A stretch of DNA of 64,000 bases, taken from contig CM120645.1 in the NCBI GenBank assembly GCA_051362555.1, positions 2,232,001-2,296,000 of the forward strand. Direction: 5' to 3'. Every line of letters begins with the position of its first letter. Within the stretch, counting starts at the first letter, position 1. This DNA comes from Lingula anatina (taxonomy: Eukaryota > Animalia > Brachiopoda). The notes under the pieces are model-generated. The model was not told where the DNA came from, ran no database searches, and was given only the letters and a program-made list of their open reading frames with translations. A program made the position numbers and the translations under genes. Positions 1-14,640 of the stretch are shown here, one piece after another.

Positions 1-2502
1 ATTCTTACCAGCACGCAACCGTAATAATAAAATATATTAAAGCGCATGTGGAAGGAGTAAAAAATATCAAATAACTCTCAATGTTTACCTAATCATTATT
101 CAGGTTCGAGACGTGGAAAATACAATGTCATATTTTTAAACAGTGATATTTGTGGACAACGTGCGAGCTACATTGTATAGTGGGGTAATATAGCAAACAT
201 TTAAACCCCCTCCCCCCCCCCCCCAAACTCCCCACCCGGCGCCTAACTTACAATGTACTCTCTGACTACTGCAGGGTCCGCCAGCTGTTTGTTACAAAAT
301 TATTTTTCTCCTATTTTAGAGGCCCCCGACACCAGAGCGTACCTTGAATTAACTTAAATATTTTATTCTGACACAAAATTCATGCTGACTTACCCTAAAT
401 AGCCTCAAAGACGGTATAATCACCTTGGAAATCCCTACAGGTTAATAAAAAACCTGCATTGTACAATGCGTAGCTGTTTGTCGTACTGAAATTTCGTCTC
501 AAAGGAATCAATGTGCTCTGTAGGGCCTATATATCCAGTATTCTATATATTATAGGCTATACTGTATGAGGAGGAATTCGGTATTAAATGGCGGTATCAA
601 ATGCATTTGGCGTTATGTAAGCAGGCGATATAAGTGGTTTGACCATCAGTTCGGCAGGTCTCACATAGTTTGCGTAACAGCTTTTCACTCCCATTAACCA
701 ATTGCATCCCATTGACCAATGTAAACACCGTAATTCAGGTGGAGGGGAGGAGTTGATTACGTCATAAGATCCGCTGTTGATATCAACTGAGCTTTGTTCT
801 AACACATAACATACCTTTTGCACATACGTCTTTTGATTCTAAATATTTCGGCATTTTACAACCCAGGAACAATCAGACGATCCTTGAATACCACGTGACG
901 CGGTCTGCCGCCGTCCGCAGGCGTTTTGCCTGGGCGCTTTTAGTTTCATGTTAATTTCACAGGTCCTAATGCCTATTATAAACAAAGCAACTGAGAGTAC
1001 ATACAAATTTGTTCAAATATAAAACGCCCTCTGTAACATAGCCTATTCGGTGCACCGACAGCATTTTTAATGTTTCATTTTAGCGCTAAAATGCGGCCTT
1101 TCACTACAAGGACGCCAAGAGAAAACCCCCTACCACTTTCTCGCTAGACCGCAACGAAAATCATCAAAAACGCCATCTTTTATAATCGACCGGGTACGGA
1201 GTAATCGATGTTCTATTTTCGTTCGTTTGAATCGGAAAAAGTCAATTACTGGTCACTGACGAACTTAATTTTCCCTACAGGAATCGAGTTGACTTGTCAG
1301 TGATTCCACACTGCTGTCATGGCCAGATATGTAGATATTAGATATAATATGAAATGTTCATATTGTTTCAGTCCTAAAATTGTTATCAATTTTTACTACC
1401 TTCACATAAATCGCATTTTGATTGACTTTTTTTTATTAACATATTGAATACATTGGAAAAATAAAAGCTGTACAGTGTGTCATAAAAGGTTATTATATAC
1501 ATTTATAAAAAGGTCTGAAATAGATCTGAAAATACAAAATTTTTTGGTTCATATTCAAACCCATGTGCACTTTTTTTAAATATGAAAGTACCTCGGCATG
1601 TTACAAATGTGCTATACATTTTATGATATGGCATTCGCCTAACATAAAAGCAAAAAATCTAATTCACATTTTGCCTTATCATAACCGGAAATAACTTCGT
1701 GGGCTAATGAATCCCATTCCTGACGGAAAATATAATTATCGTCACGACTTAGGCGGTCACAGTGGGGAAGATGACTGAAAATATTAAGCTTAATTTTCAA
1801 TGACAAATTTGCGTTTTAAAGTTAGATCCGTGTGTTTAAACAAAGCTAATGTCAATTCCACGTCGTGAATTCACGCTTTACCCTTCTCATACAGGCAAAT
1901 TCTACAACATATTCCTACCCCGTAGCGTCCTTTACAATTCCATGGCATGATTTATCAATTACCCATATTTTTGGTAGTTACAAAACAGAAGCTTTTTGGT
2001 AAATAAATAAACATTATAGTACATATTGCTAGAGAGTTAAAATACTATATATTATATACTAATATAGGTATTTTTAGAAAATAGATCAGCTTTAGAAAAT
2101 AATATTTATATCCTTTTTTCAAATTATTTTTTTTTTATTTCCAACCCTAGTTCTGCTAATATAAACAAAGCTAGGCCTGTGTATCCTGTCAGACACACTT
2201 AAGTGATAACATTGGCATGGTTTGTATTTGATACACTATATGTATGTTCTAGCTGACCCACTGAGGTCATCCATTACATCTTGTCTTCGTCCTCTGCCAC
2301 ACCCCCTCAAGGCGTCTCTTCTAAGGGCCTATTCTAAGGCTCGCGCCGTGACTTCTTCATTTGACAAATTTCATCATCTTTGGTTACAAGACGTTGCTTC
2401 CTTTCTTGAAGTTCAATCTCTGGATCACTATCACTTTCACTTGCACTCTCAGTGTCACCTTTTCCTGATACATGTAATTATTCTAACATGTCCTCCTTTT
2501 CA

Positions 2503-5500
2503 TCACCAATCTGGTCTATCCAAATCACTTCCGTCCACTCCGTCCACTCCATATTTCGAATCTTTTCTGTCTTCAAATATTTCACTGCTCTGTATTTTTT
2601 TAAATAATTAAATAATTAAATACAATAATTAATTTGAGTGGAACTTACAGATAAATATACCACGTACAATACGGGTAAATGGCAGAAATCTAGTGGGGTC
2701 GCTAATTTGTTTCTGGTGAGAGCACCATTAACGATAACAAAGCTGTAAACATATCTCCTGTAGGCTTATATAAATTTGACAAACCCATGAAATTTCATGG
2801 AAAAATAATACAGTAAAAAACAAACGTTAACAAATCTGTGTAAACGACCCCATCCCGTATGAATAGGGTTAAACCATAAACTTTTACAAATTAGGCTATC
2901 ACTATTCCAAAACAGACAGCGAATAAGTGGCTCAGAATTTGATGATATAGTGCAAAAAGGACATCAAAGATTTCACTGTTATCCGCTTAGTCCATGCTGG
3001 ATAAATTACGACGAACAAAATTCATTTCTTGGCAGTCGAATCAGAAATACTAAGATGACACTGTCATACATTTTTAGGTCTTCGGGGCGTAGTTCTTATA
3101 CGTGTCCATTTTGTTCCTGAAACCAACCGAAAAAGAACATGATATGTTTTACTACCCGCTATATATCTTAAGTTATGTACATTTTTTCTTAATATAATGT
3201 TATTATAAGACATTAAGGGCATAATGCTTGCAATACTAAAAACCTAATTTCACGAAGTTTTATTACAAATGAATACTAGTGCCTCGGGTAACTTACCCGT
3301 ATTGAGAGCAATAGCTACAAACACTCACACATCAAGATGTAATGTAATGAAATTTGTTGTGCCTTTTAAGTTATTTACCTCCACGTTTTTATCTTCTTCT
3401 CCATCTTCGTCTTCGCTGGCGTCGGGAGGTACATCCCCCGGGGAATGCGACGTGGTTACTGCGTCCTCTTGCAACTGTAAGAATAAATGTATATCTTATA
3501 TTCATTTACTGATTAATTTAACAGATCCCCCCCCCCCTTTGTTGACCGACCTTGGGAAATGATATAAATTCTAGATTTAAATTGTGAGTTTGAGCAGGCC
3601 TTTTCCTACTATGAGGCAAAAAGCCGGTTGCTCTCTGCATACAGGAATGCAAGGTACATGTATTTTTTACACGCGTACAAAATATCTTCTTTCAACAGAG
3701 CCAAAGTTATACATGTATGTTTCTTCATATAAGTAACGTTCGTGTTGGTCCTAATGAAACAGTTACTTAGAGAGTGAAATAAATTAAGTGTTCTGGTGCA
3801 GCTAATCATCATTTTATAGAGTAGCCGAGGCTACTATATGCTCCTGTTGACATGAATAAAAAAGTAGGATAACAATAATTACCCCGTCCTTAAAAGATCA
3901 AGAGAGAGAGGGGGAGAGAGAGAGAGAGAGAGATGAAAACCACGTTACCTTTTCGCGTAAGGTTCGTTCTTTGTCCAAAGCGACCAGCACGGCATCGTGC
4001 ACCATGAAGTAGATGAGGTCTTCTTGGTCGTCTTCAGTTGGCATGCATTTCTCCAGCATTTCTCCCAGCTGAGCTATTATTAAGTAAGATATACCGAGTA
4101 AGTAACATTAAGATTTCTAATCATAAATTCAAGGAGAGAGAGAGAGAGAGAGAGACTAGTAAGAATGCAATGTATTTATTTCCTTTTTCCGCCTTAATCG
4201 TCATATTTCATCCGAATTTCAGAATTGCGTGAATCAAATGCAAGTTTGGAAAATCAGGTCAGGCAGGAAATATATATATGTCGGTCATTTAGAAATACAG
4301 GGGTAACCTACACCCAAAAACCCAGGAACAATGGTTTACTTTGCATGTGTATGTTAACAAAAAATATGGCAATGTTAATTTATTAAAGAAACACGGTTAT
4401 GTCACCAAACAAGTCACATAAAAAGATCCATAGGCAAAGTTCCGCATGCGTGCGTTAGACAGTTACTATCAATAGAATGTGCTGATAATATAACTAAGTA
4501 AACTTAATCGTGTTCTTCTGAGTCTGACAAATTTAAATCTTTATGAATGCACTTGTAATATGTATAATGACGGACAATTTTAAAAATTCTGATATTAAAA
4601 AAAATAGGGTATTGAGAGTCATTACCTCTACAGTGAGCAAGGACTACTCGAACGCCGACTGCTTTGTATTCTGCTATTACCTAAAACACAGGAATAAAAA
4701 TATTTTAAAACAAATTTGTGACGATCGAAGCACAAAAAATGTCCAACAGTACGATCTCAAAAACGCGTATTAAACACTTTCGCCTTTTTTTTTTAATTGA
4801 TAAAAACTTATTACACTAAAAATATTTTCTTCACTTTGACGACTATACCGACCCAATATAAATCAGTTATTAAATAAAACAGTGTTGCTATATATTGTAT
4901 AATAAGAAATTCCAAAGTCCAGCTATGGCTATGTTTCAGACCAATACTCAATGTATTTTAGATAACAGAGAAAGATTTTTTTTAATAAAACTTGAACTGT
5001 ATAAGACTAATTTTTTTCTCTAAAACGCACAGGATTTTTGTTCTCTTGTAAAGCCGCCCCAGAAACCGGGGGTAATTTTGCCTCACCTGTTTCAGCACCT
5101 TCACCCCTACGGCGTCAATAAAGGTCATGGCGGAGCAGTCCACTATGATGTGGTGGATGTCAGGTTGTGGAAGTTCGTCCTCCAGAGACAACAGATGCTT
5201 GTCTGCTTGTTTGGACTCGTCCACTAGCGCTATGGACGGATGGTCGCCTGCTTCTTTTTCCGGCTGCTGAATAAAATACAATGTTCTTTGTTATTTCATA
5301 ACGCCACGCTGCAGGAATGTAATCATTATTGTATTATTTGACTTTATTTAATTTTTTTAGATGTCTGTGTGTGTAAGCGTGCGCGCGTGAATCCCACATC
5401 TGACTTCATTTCTTATTTAATTACCTAATAAACTACGCGTAGAAAAAATTTTTACTGTGGACTTTACGTTTGCATTTTCCTTTTTCTTCTCTCTGTTTTC

Positions 5501-6465
5501 TTTCTTTTTCTTTTGCTTTGCAAGAGCTTCTTGTCTCTCGTTTATCGCCATCCTTTCGGCCTTGAGGAGACCAGGGTCACATCCGGTGGTTGAGTAGAGC
5601 TTGTTACGGAAATGTTCAGCGTTCGCGTAATACAGGGAGGATTCAAAGTGAAAAATCTTTATTCCAGGAACCTCCTCGACCTAGACAAATAGAATTTAAC
5701 AATATTGGTAAAATATTCATGACTTGAGAACACAGATGTTTCATTTGGAAACCCGCTGCCTACAAGACAAAGGTTTCCATTTTCTTAATAACCGGATTCA
5801 AAATTCTTTGAGAAAATATCTTATATATCCTGTACTTAAATTTGACAATAAATATGCCATAAGCTAAAGTAACAGAGGCCTTCTCTTTGGCGCTGATCGC
5901 TAGTGTAATAATTCTAACAAGCTACGAAAACCCCAGCAACCATTTAATGGAAATAGACTTGGATGAAGATAAATCCGGGACGTACCACTTTGTATACGTT
6001 TTTGTCTCTGTATATATCTGTGTGAGGCACTCTACCAAAGAGACAACTGTACGGCCTGAAGCAATAAATAAATAAATAAATAAATAAATAAGACTTTTAA
6101 AATGGAATATAACAATAAATAAAACCAATCAAACCTTAACATGCTGAAATCGAGCACATCGATTCCATTAATTGAGACAGTAATTTAGACTGAGTTATAC
6201 TTCTAAAGTCATTAAAAATAATAGTCTGAACTATCCTAAGATTTGCAAACAAAAAAATTCGTGCAACACTCCACCAATGTACATGTATAGCTGCAAATAT
6301 AATGAAAAATGATCCATCTTCTGAAAAAAAAACTAGCTCTGACCCCACTTACCATTGTGTCCTGAAGACAATAGTGATGAGAGAGAACCCCACCCCTACC
6401 AGAAGTCCCATGTCCACATTGAGGAACACTACGGAGACGAAGGTGACTATCCATATGGCCTTAAA

Positions 6466-6516
<51 letters not shown>

Positions 6517-9500
6517 GAAAACGCCCAATCTTTCTATGGATATGTCTGTATATGTATCTTATCTAAACTACGTCATTGTAAATAAGGCATAGTACTGTGC
6601 GTTTTTTGGGATGAATGTGTTAGGAGTGACAAATGCGTTAGGTGTGACACCGTGATTGCGATAGATGAGACTGCGGATTGTTCCCCAGATACTGGATAAA
6701 TTGAACCACTTTAAATTATTATCAATGTGAAAGTAAGATATTGCTATGCTTAATGTATTGAATTCGTGTATTGGGTGTGATATAAACGTGTATCAAGAAA
6801 GACCATGCACTTACAAAATCAAACTTTGAAATCCTCCACAGCCTCTTCAGGTCTTTAACCTGCAGGAACATGCCTTTCAGAGCCACGATGATGATGGAGG
6901 CAAGAACACACTGGAAATTAAAAATTATGCTGAATTTGATAACAGAAATATGAAATATATAATAATATAAAAAATGCTGTAGCTAACTACAGAGTTAAAT
7001 ATCCAAATATGTAACCTCAAAGCAGTAAAGAACATGATGATTGCAAGTTTAAGAAATTATATTACCACGCTGAAAAATATGAGTCGAGAATTCAGTTAGC
7101 AGTTGTAAGGTTTCTAGACAAAAGTCTAGTTTTTATTTTTCATCTTTCTTACCCTTGGAAGAGTTCGAAATAACGGCCCTGCGGCAAGTATAACTATCAG
7201 AATAAAGCCACTGGAAACGATACTTGCAACCTGCAAATTAACTTAATATATAATAATGTAAATGTATTTCATTTAAATCACTATTTTTCACCCCAAATTT
7301 GAAAGAATAGCTCGCACAATAGAGCCGCCATGAAATGCATTGCAAACCAAATATATACTGTGCTGGCCCAATCCAAAAATTCTAACCAGTTACGAAACCC
7401 CAGCTACCATATAATGGAAATAGACTTGGATGAAGATAATAAATATGGAAGCACTGCCAAAAGATGCAAATTACGTATTCTATTTTGCAAAACGATGTTT
7501 AGATGGCCCTTCGTTTACTTCCTTTTGGGGATCCTAAATTACTCTACCTCCGTTTTTCCTCCCGTTGTCTCTTGCACCAGGCTTCTAGACATGGACGCGC
7601 AGCAAGAAAACGTAGTGAAGACAGAGCCTATGATGTTACACATACCATAGGCAATAAGTTCCTGGAATATAATAGTACTATAAAACAAACCACTCCATAT
7701 GGAACCACCTACTAAAGATCATAAGCGTCTATCATCAGTATGGGTACAAAGCATACTCAAATGTGAGGTATCACTCCCAATTAAGCGATTAGTACATTAG
7801 ACCAATACACATTTATTATCTGTAGTGGGCGAAATAATAAACTCTTACATATTTCTAAATGTTTTTCTATTGTTTCCTTTTCCTGCGAAAGACATTTGAA
7901 TTTGCCACTTCTGAATAAGTTAAAAAGAACAAACTTTCAAAAGTGGAATGTGTAGCTGGATTTTTGTTAAAATAATTTTGACTCTTAAGGCCCAGCAGGT
8001 AAAGAATTTTTTTATAACGTTACCATAAAGTTACCATAACGTTTGTTATATAAACGCTACGGTAACGATATAATAACGTTCTGTGTTTAATGGGAAGGAC
8101 ATTCAATCCCTACCTGGTCAGGGCTTATGACGTATCCCTGCTGTTTGGCCAGTATCTTTGCCATGGAGACGGATATGGTGAAGGCCACAATGGCAACTCC
8201 GAACGCATCTACAATTAGAGTCCCGAAATGTTCGGCAGGTGGTAGGGTCGGCACAGGGATGCTGGAATTAGAATTAAAATTCGCCGTGTTAAAGTTGTGT
8301 AAAAAAAATATAAATCGTTTTTAAAAAGATTGAGGTATGGCAAATGTTGTGCAAATTACATTACATTATTTTACATCAGTAATCTAATTTATTACTGGAC
8401 TTACTAGTACAAAAGTCTGACAAGGGGTCGAGACGCAACTTCGTCGACTAAACCAGATTGTAAACTTAGAAATAGTTCTAAAAGCATTTTCCTTTATTGT
8501 TTTTTTTAGCTAGGAAATGACGTTGTCAAAAGACTCAGAAATTGTCCGTAAGTACTTACCCTGTTGGAATAGACCCGACCACCGTCAGATTAAACACCTC
8601 GTCCATTTTGGCAAAGTAGGATACCATAGTACCCAGAATGACCTAAAATGTAGAGGCTTCATTTCAAACAAACACAGTAAATGAGGATTTAGATGTTATA
8701 ATGGTGGATCCATTAGGGGTACATTGGCATACATGAAACACTTTGTAACTTTATTTTTTATCATATAAAGCCGTTATCTTATTATTATGAAGTGCACGTG
8801 CATTTTTGGGAACACAGCAGTAAGTGAGACATGGCTTGTCCAAAATGCCGGATTAAGATAACTTAAAGGCTTTCTCGTACATTAAATTTATTTATGAATC
8901 TCTCATTTTATTACATGGTCCTGTGGTTTTATGGGACTGACATCTATTAGACCTACACCCAAGGCACAAAGCTCACCATAAAACAGAGTCAAATGTCCTC
9001 TTTTCACGTTTTAAACGAATTAGCAATCATAATATACCAGTAATTAACAAGCTCGGATCATCTTTCACGGATAGCTGCTTTGCATGGAGGCAAGCACTTA
9101 CCACAATCAGCTCAATGGGCACCGGCATCTTCATCTTCGCCTTATACCTAGCGTTGATACACTCTTTTGTCAGCACCAACATTAGTATGCACACTACTGA
9201 CATGATTAGGGCGGCCAGATTGGTTTGGGGGAGGGTGAGGAAGAACTGGATGTAAAACTAAAATGAAATGATAGATCTTACCACTATAATGATAGATCTT
9301 ACCACTATAATGATAGATCTTACCACCATGATGATGTGAACTATCTGTAGCCTGAAAAGACACGTGCGATGAATTTGGGCTCTGGTGCTTGCTGTGCAGT
9401 TATACCGTAACGCTGGCAATTTAATAGTTTATTTTCAACCCAGTGTCTACGAGCGGATTCACAAAAAAAGTAAAACATCTGTTACTAAAAGTCGACTTAA

Positions 9501-12174
9501 CAAGCACTGTCTCAAGAATGTCTTGATAATAAAAACCATCACGACTTTTAATCAGTTATCAACACGAGTTCAAGACAATCACTTACCTTGACGAGTTTAA
9601 ACGGATTGGTAATTTTTGACGCCTTAATTCTGAGCCCAAAGACGTGTTTAATCTGTGAAGAAAACACGTGACAGGCGGCTCCCGTGGTAAATCCACTGAT
9701 GAGGGGGTCGGACAAGTAGTTGGTGATGAAACCAAGACGAAATGTGCCCTTCAACAACTGAAATGAACAAAGATAAAGTACGATTTGTTGACCCGTGGAA
9801 CTCCGCCTCGTTACACTACGAAGGGTTATCTTACAGCCCATGGATATAGCACAGTGACGTAATTATTCTTTATATTGTTTAATGTACAGCTGATTCCATT
9901 TGATTTTAGTATATATCCTTTGCGTTTGGTGCAAAATGATAACGTCAGAGAGAGCGAGAGAGAGAGAGAGGGGGGAGGGATGGGGGGGGGGTAAAATCTA
10001 CCTGCCAGAATCCGACCAACATGGTCAAAGCGGTCGCCACGCCTATCTTGAAGTCCACGCAGTCTTGGTTGGAGTTGGTATCGGCGTCACATATGATGGA
10101 AGGTACAGAAGTGGCATTGGCAACGCTTGAATCGTTGAAGACATCTGGGGACGCTGCAGGAGCGGTCCATGACACGGCTTGCCTGTCTACGACTGCCCCT
10201 ACCATGAGGCTGACCACCGCCATGGTACCTGGTTGAAGTACATGAAGTACCACGGTTAATAGTTAGTCAGATTATGTATTGCAAGGTGTCGTTTCCTCTA
10301 CATCACAGCTGTATTTTTTATGTATCTAATTGTTTACTTAGGTGTTAACCAAGTATCTACTCATCTACCGGGTATTTCATTTGTCTATCAATTAGTCTAT
10401 TTGTAAATCAATTCATTCATTCATTTATTCTAACTCAGTCATTCATTCCTTTCTCCGTTTATTCATATGCTTTCTCACTGACTCATTCAATAATTCATCC
10501 ATCTTTTCTTTTACCCATTTGTTGGCTTTCTTTCCAAGCAGAAATTTAATTTTTATATTAAATGACAACTTAGTACAACCACGATCCTGCAGAGATGCTC
10601 GTGGATGTGCTAATTTTTTCTCACCTAACACAATGTCACACTCACCTATAGAAATGTGCTTGGACGTCCCAAAGAAGAAGTAAACTAGCGGAGGGAAGAA
10701 CGACACGTACAGGCCGTGGATGGACGGGAGCCCTGCCAACAAAGCGTATGCCATACCTGGAAGTAATTAGGTTGAATTTAAAATACTATATTTTATCTTT
10801 AAATCTATCATAATTTTATTTATTTATCTATTTATTTATTTATTTATTTATTATCATTATTTTTTAATATTTTTATCATGTGGAATTGGTGGTTGTTACG
10901 TTGTTAAAGGCGTCCTATCTGGGGTTTTTGAACACACTGTTTGGACACATTCTCCGAGGGAGGTGTCCTGTGACTGAGGTTATTTTTATCCGCATATCTA
11001 CTAAAAGGTCAAGTAACATGTAAAGGATGAAATGCTTTGTTTTCTTCTTATTCAACTATTTTTGTTTATGTCTTTTGTTTGTTTGTTTGTTTGTTTGTTT
11101 GTTTATTAAAAATAAGTGTATAAAATGGTAAGGGCCTGTGACAACAGTGAGGTATTAAATACACAGCACTGTGCACCGCCAGCCTACGTACATGTATTCG
11201 CTTGACCTATAATTTCAAAACAGCCAGGGACTCATCCAGACACCTAACCTATGGGGGCTTCGTCGAAATAGCTGTATAAAACGCCACGCTGGGTCGATTG
11301 AACTCCTATGATCGACAGAAACGGTCTACTGGGATCGCACAAAGAACCCAGGCTTCGTGAAATAGTTAAAAAGAATGTCATTCCAGTACCTCTTTTAGGT
11401 CGGGTTGCACTATAACAGACGGGGTGGATTTCATTTTAGCAGACAGTCATAGGCCTTCTGAGCTTCGTGAGGTTGTCTGCCACACGTCACATTTCTGTAT
11501 GCTTATATAGTGCACAAGAGATATTGATTTACGCGATTTAGTCAAAACTTAAAATAGCAAGTTCAAAATAATTAAAGGATGAATTGTTACCACACTACTG
11601 GTAGTGCTGTGAAACGTGATACCTCAGTAAACAGTATGGTTTGATGGCCAACCCTGGAGGGAGGGGCCCTTTTCCTGAGGAGGGGGGGTGAGAGGGGGAG
11701 GAGGAGGAGGGGGGTTCGGTTGATTATTTAAACTACTTCATTCTTTTGTATGGTGACAAACTCTAAAGGTTTCTTCAAATCATGAAGGGGCAATGCATGG
11801 TTTTTTTGACAATTTTTGGCACTGTTTAAAATGTGACGATCATGCAGAACTGAGTATAGTATAAGAAATATATCCAGTAATGTAGTACACAGCTTTTTCA
11901 TTTGTTCTAATTGAAAAATATAATAAATGTAAATTTTAAAAGGGGTTGATTTCTTTTTATAACTTCATTTGATATAATAAAAAGGCATAAAACTTGACAC
12001 TTAAAAGGGAGATTGATCTTTAATTTAACTTTTTTACATTCAATGTCATTTAAATGTGATAAAATATGACACTTAAATGGAGATTGACATTTTTCTTCTT
12101 GTAAAATTTTGTTTTAATTCTAAAAGGCATTAAATACTATACTTAAAATACACTTAAAATTTTTCGTTATTTCT

Positions 12175-12211
<37 letters not shown>

Positions 12212-12643
12212 CAGTGACTTACCCTGTGGAAGGTGCATCACTCCCACCGTCAACCCAGACACCAGATCACCAACGAACCACTGGGGGAATTTATACTGCC
12301 TCATTATGGACACGAAGGGGAAGAGTCGGAGCAGAAACCCCTGGATACAGTCACGTGAGCATGCACAACGATTACGTAATTTACGCCGCACGTGGTGGGC
12401 ATGCTCTTTGGGAGTCTTAGACTTCCTCCGCTGGGAAAACCCATGGTGTTTGTCGAAGTGTTCTTGGGTAAAAACTCGGCGCTTAACAGTCACTGGTTCA
12501 TCTTCTCTCTCGAGTTGAACGCCATAGAGAGACGACGTTCTCTCTAGTTCTGAGGGTTGCTCTGTCGATCTCGCCCCTCTATTTCCGTTTTCCAAAGATG
12601 TATTCGCTAGAGGTTCGCGTTCATCTTTGCCGTTTTGGTCCAT
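2503..12643 (-). CDS. SLC26-family anion exchanger (prestin/SLC26A5-like), about 18 coding exons, with C-terminal STAS domain
   Basis: Exons with GT-AG ends: 12223-12643 (MDQNGK...[16 protein letters not shown]), 10646-10756 ([41 protein letters not shown]26 signature), 10002-10228, 9587-9757 ([28 protein letters not shown]), 9102-9257, then approximately 8560-8642, 8115-8262, 7549-7662, 7154-7231, 6816-6911, 6354-6459, 5985-6056, 5468-5680 ([16 protein letters not shown]), 5088-5264 ([23 protein letters not shown]), 4626-4680, 3949-4073, 3380-3475 and 2503-2589. The last exon and the specific orthologue are uncertain. Confidence 0.93.
7991..8094. mobile_element. Degenerate short MITE remnant in an SLC26 intron
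   Basis: CCCAGC...AACGTT at the left end and AACGTTCTGTGTTTAATGGG at the right end form imperfect inverted ends; ATAACGTT-like subrepeats lie between them. Confidence 0.4.
9266..9328. repeat. 21-bp tandem repeat, about 3 copies
   Basis: AATGATAGATCTTACCACTAT repeated in the intron just upstream of the acceptor of exon 9102-9257. Confidence 0.85.
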
Positions 12644-13739
12644 TTTTGAATGCAGTACCTGTGGCACCAGTACCCACCGCACCTACAACATGAAAGTTAC
12701 AGTGAACACGAGGTCGTGTTTGGGTTGATGCATAAATGGTTTTTAGGCTTAAATTGCCCCAGATGGGTGGTTTGGGTAAACCCCACTCTCTAGGATAGCA
12801 AGACCTCTGGATCCTGCTTCACCAAACAGTTTTGTTTGTTTTTTTGTTTTTTTTTTTTTTTTTTTTTTTGTTTTTTTTTACCTTGGCTAGGATCATAACA
12901 CTCTTAATTAGCCAACTAAATATAAACAGTCAACTTTGAGATGACGGCCTATTGACCAACAATGGTAATAAATATTATTATGGAACTGGCATAGAATAAG
13001 ATGTTATATTCGTCCCCATTGTTACGTGACGTTGCGGCCAACCATTCTTCGTGGACACTTAACGTGGACGGATAGTTGGGCTATCACATCATTAAATTGT
13101 GATTTCAATAAAATATAAAGTAATTTTCCATTTGCTTAACATATATCCTTGGAATAATCACACCATATTAAATAATTTAATAAAATAAATATCAGATTTG
13201 ACTTCCAGACAATATGGTGTTTAGCTGACCTGAAAAAAGTGATATCAACCTCAGTTGACCTCAGAAGAGTGGTATCGACCGAGGCTGGAAAACACTATAT
13301 TGATCGAAAGCCAAATTCGATAATTGTAGGCCTATAATAAAAACCTTTATACTCAGATGAACTCTAGTCGCCGCCTTAATCAGAAGCAACATTATGCATG
13401 TCAAGGCAAAACAAGTCAATGAATGAAAAAATTATAGAATGAAATATCCAATAGCTGTATAACTGTATGTTTAACACGTTTTTCGTAATAATACCTAATT
13501 AACTTTACATATAGCTGGAGAAGGGTCTAAGTTCGACTTGACTCTTGAAGCCACGAGCCGTGTAAGCCTATTACTCAAGGGTTAAATATATATTTTTGTA
13601 CATCTAAATAGTAAGTTAGGTATATACGTGCGTTAAACTATTAACCCACAAACATAACATTCTAAGAGTATTATTATGCCCACTGCACACCATAAAAATG
13701 TTTCTACATGGTTACATTTGTAACATAATTTTACCTTAA

Positions 13740-14079
13740 AGGGATAATAACTCTTCGTTTCGGCCAAAAAATGAATTTTCCTGGAGTAAACAACAATTTT
13801 CCCATACTTACCAATGGTTAATGAATCCATTTTTACATTCAAAGTTAGTCCCTGGTTTTTTTCTAAAAAGTTTGCTTTTTTGTTAAAATCTCTTAAGAGA
13901 TTTTAACAGAGTATATAGCCATCAATGGAGGTCACGTGGTCTAAAGACAAGCTCAGATATCAGAAAAAATAGCTATAACTGCCGTTTTTGTGGTAAAACA
14001 GAATATATTATATTTCTATGAGTTATTCACAATGTTTTCATTGTGAAATATAGATCTCATACGAAGAGTTATTATCCCT
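13740..14079. mobile_element. Non-autonomous Kolobok-type DNA transposon (MITE), 340 bp
   Basis: Perfect 19-bp TIRs AGGGATAATAACTCTTCGT / ACGAAGAGTTATTATCCCT, flanked by TTAA on both sides (13736-13739 and 14080-14083). A TTAA target with AGG termini fits Kolobok rather than piggyBac (CCC). Confidence 0.8.
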
Positions 14080-14344
14080 TTAATATCTTCGTATTTTTGA
14101 CCTTCATGGTAATATTAAAGGATATCATATGATATCATGCTACCCAAGGCGAAAAGGACTATATAATAAACATGATACTTATAATTTATCTAATTCTGAT
14201 GCTTAGATATCCAAAGCAGATACGTAGTCCCATTCGAGTTTATACGTCATGATATCCAAAGCGGATACGTGACATATTCGTTAATGTCGATATAGTCGTA
14301 GCATGATATCCATAACTGATATCATACCATGTTCGAGCTGTTGT

Positions 14345-14640
14345 ACTACATCATGATATCCATAGTGGATAGTTGATGTCATTCATACGAGCTGTTATAC
14401 ATGTACTACATCATGATATCCATAGTGGATAGTTGATGTCCTTCATACGAGCTGTTATACCTGTGCTACATCATGATATCCATAGTGGATAGTTGATGTC
14501 CTTCATACGAGCTGTTATACCTGTACTACATCATGATATCCATAGTGGATAGTTGATGTCTTTCATACGAGCTGTTATACCTGTACTACATCATGATATC
14601 CATAGTGGATAGTTGATGTCTGCATTCATGCGAGCTGCTA
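14345..14640. repeat. 60-bp minisatellite, about 5 copies, with decayed related units upstream (about 14200-14340)
   Basis: TACTACATCATGATATCCATAGTGGATAGTTGATGTCnTTCATACGAGCTGTTATACnTG recurs in exact register on consecutive 60-nt lines. Confidence 0.95.

Noticed and set aside
14345-14640. CRISPR-like appearance of the palindromic 60-bp array
   Set aside because: No unique spacers, no cas genes, and eukaryotic context.
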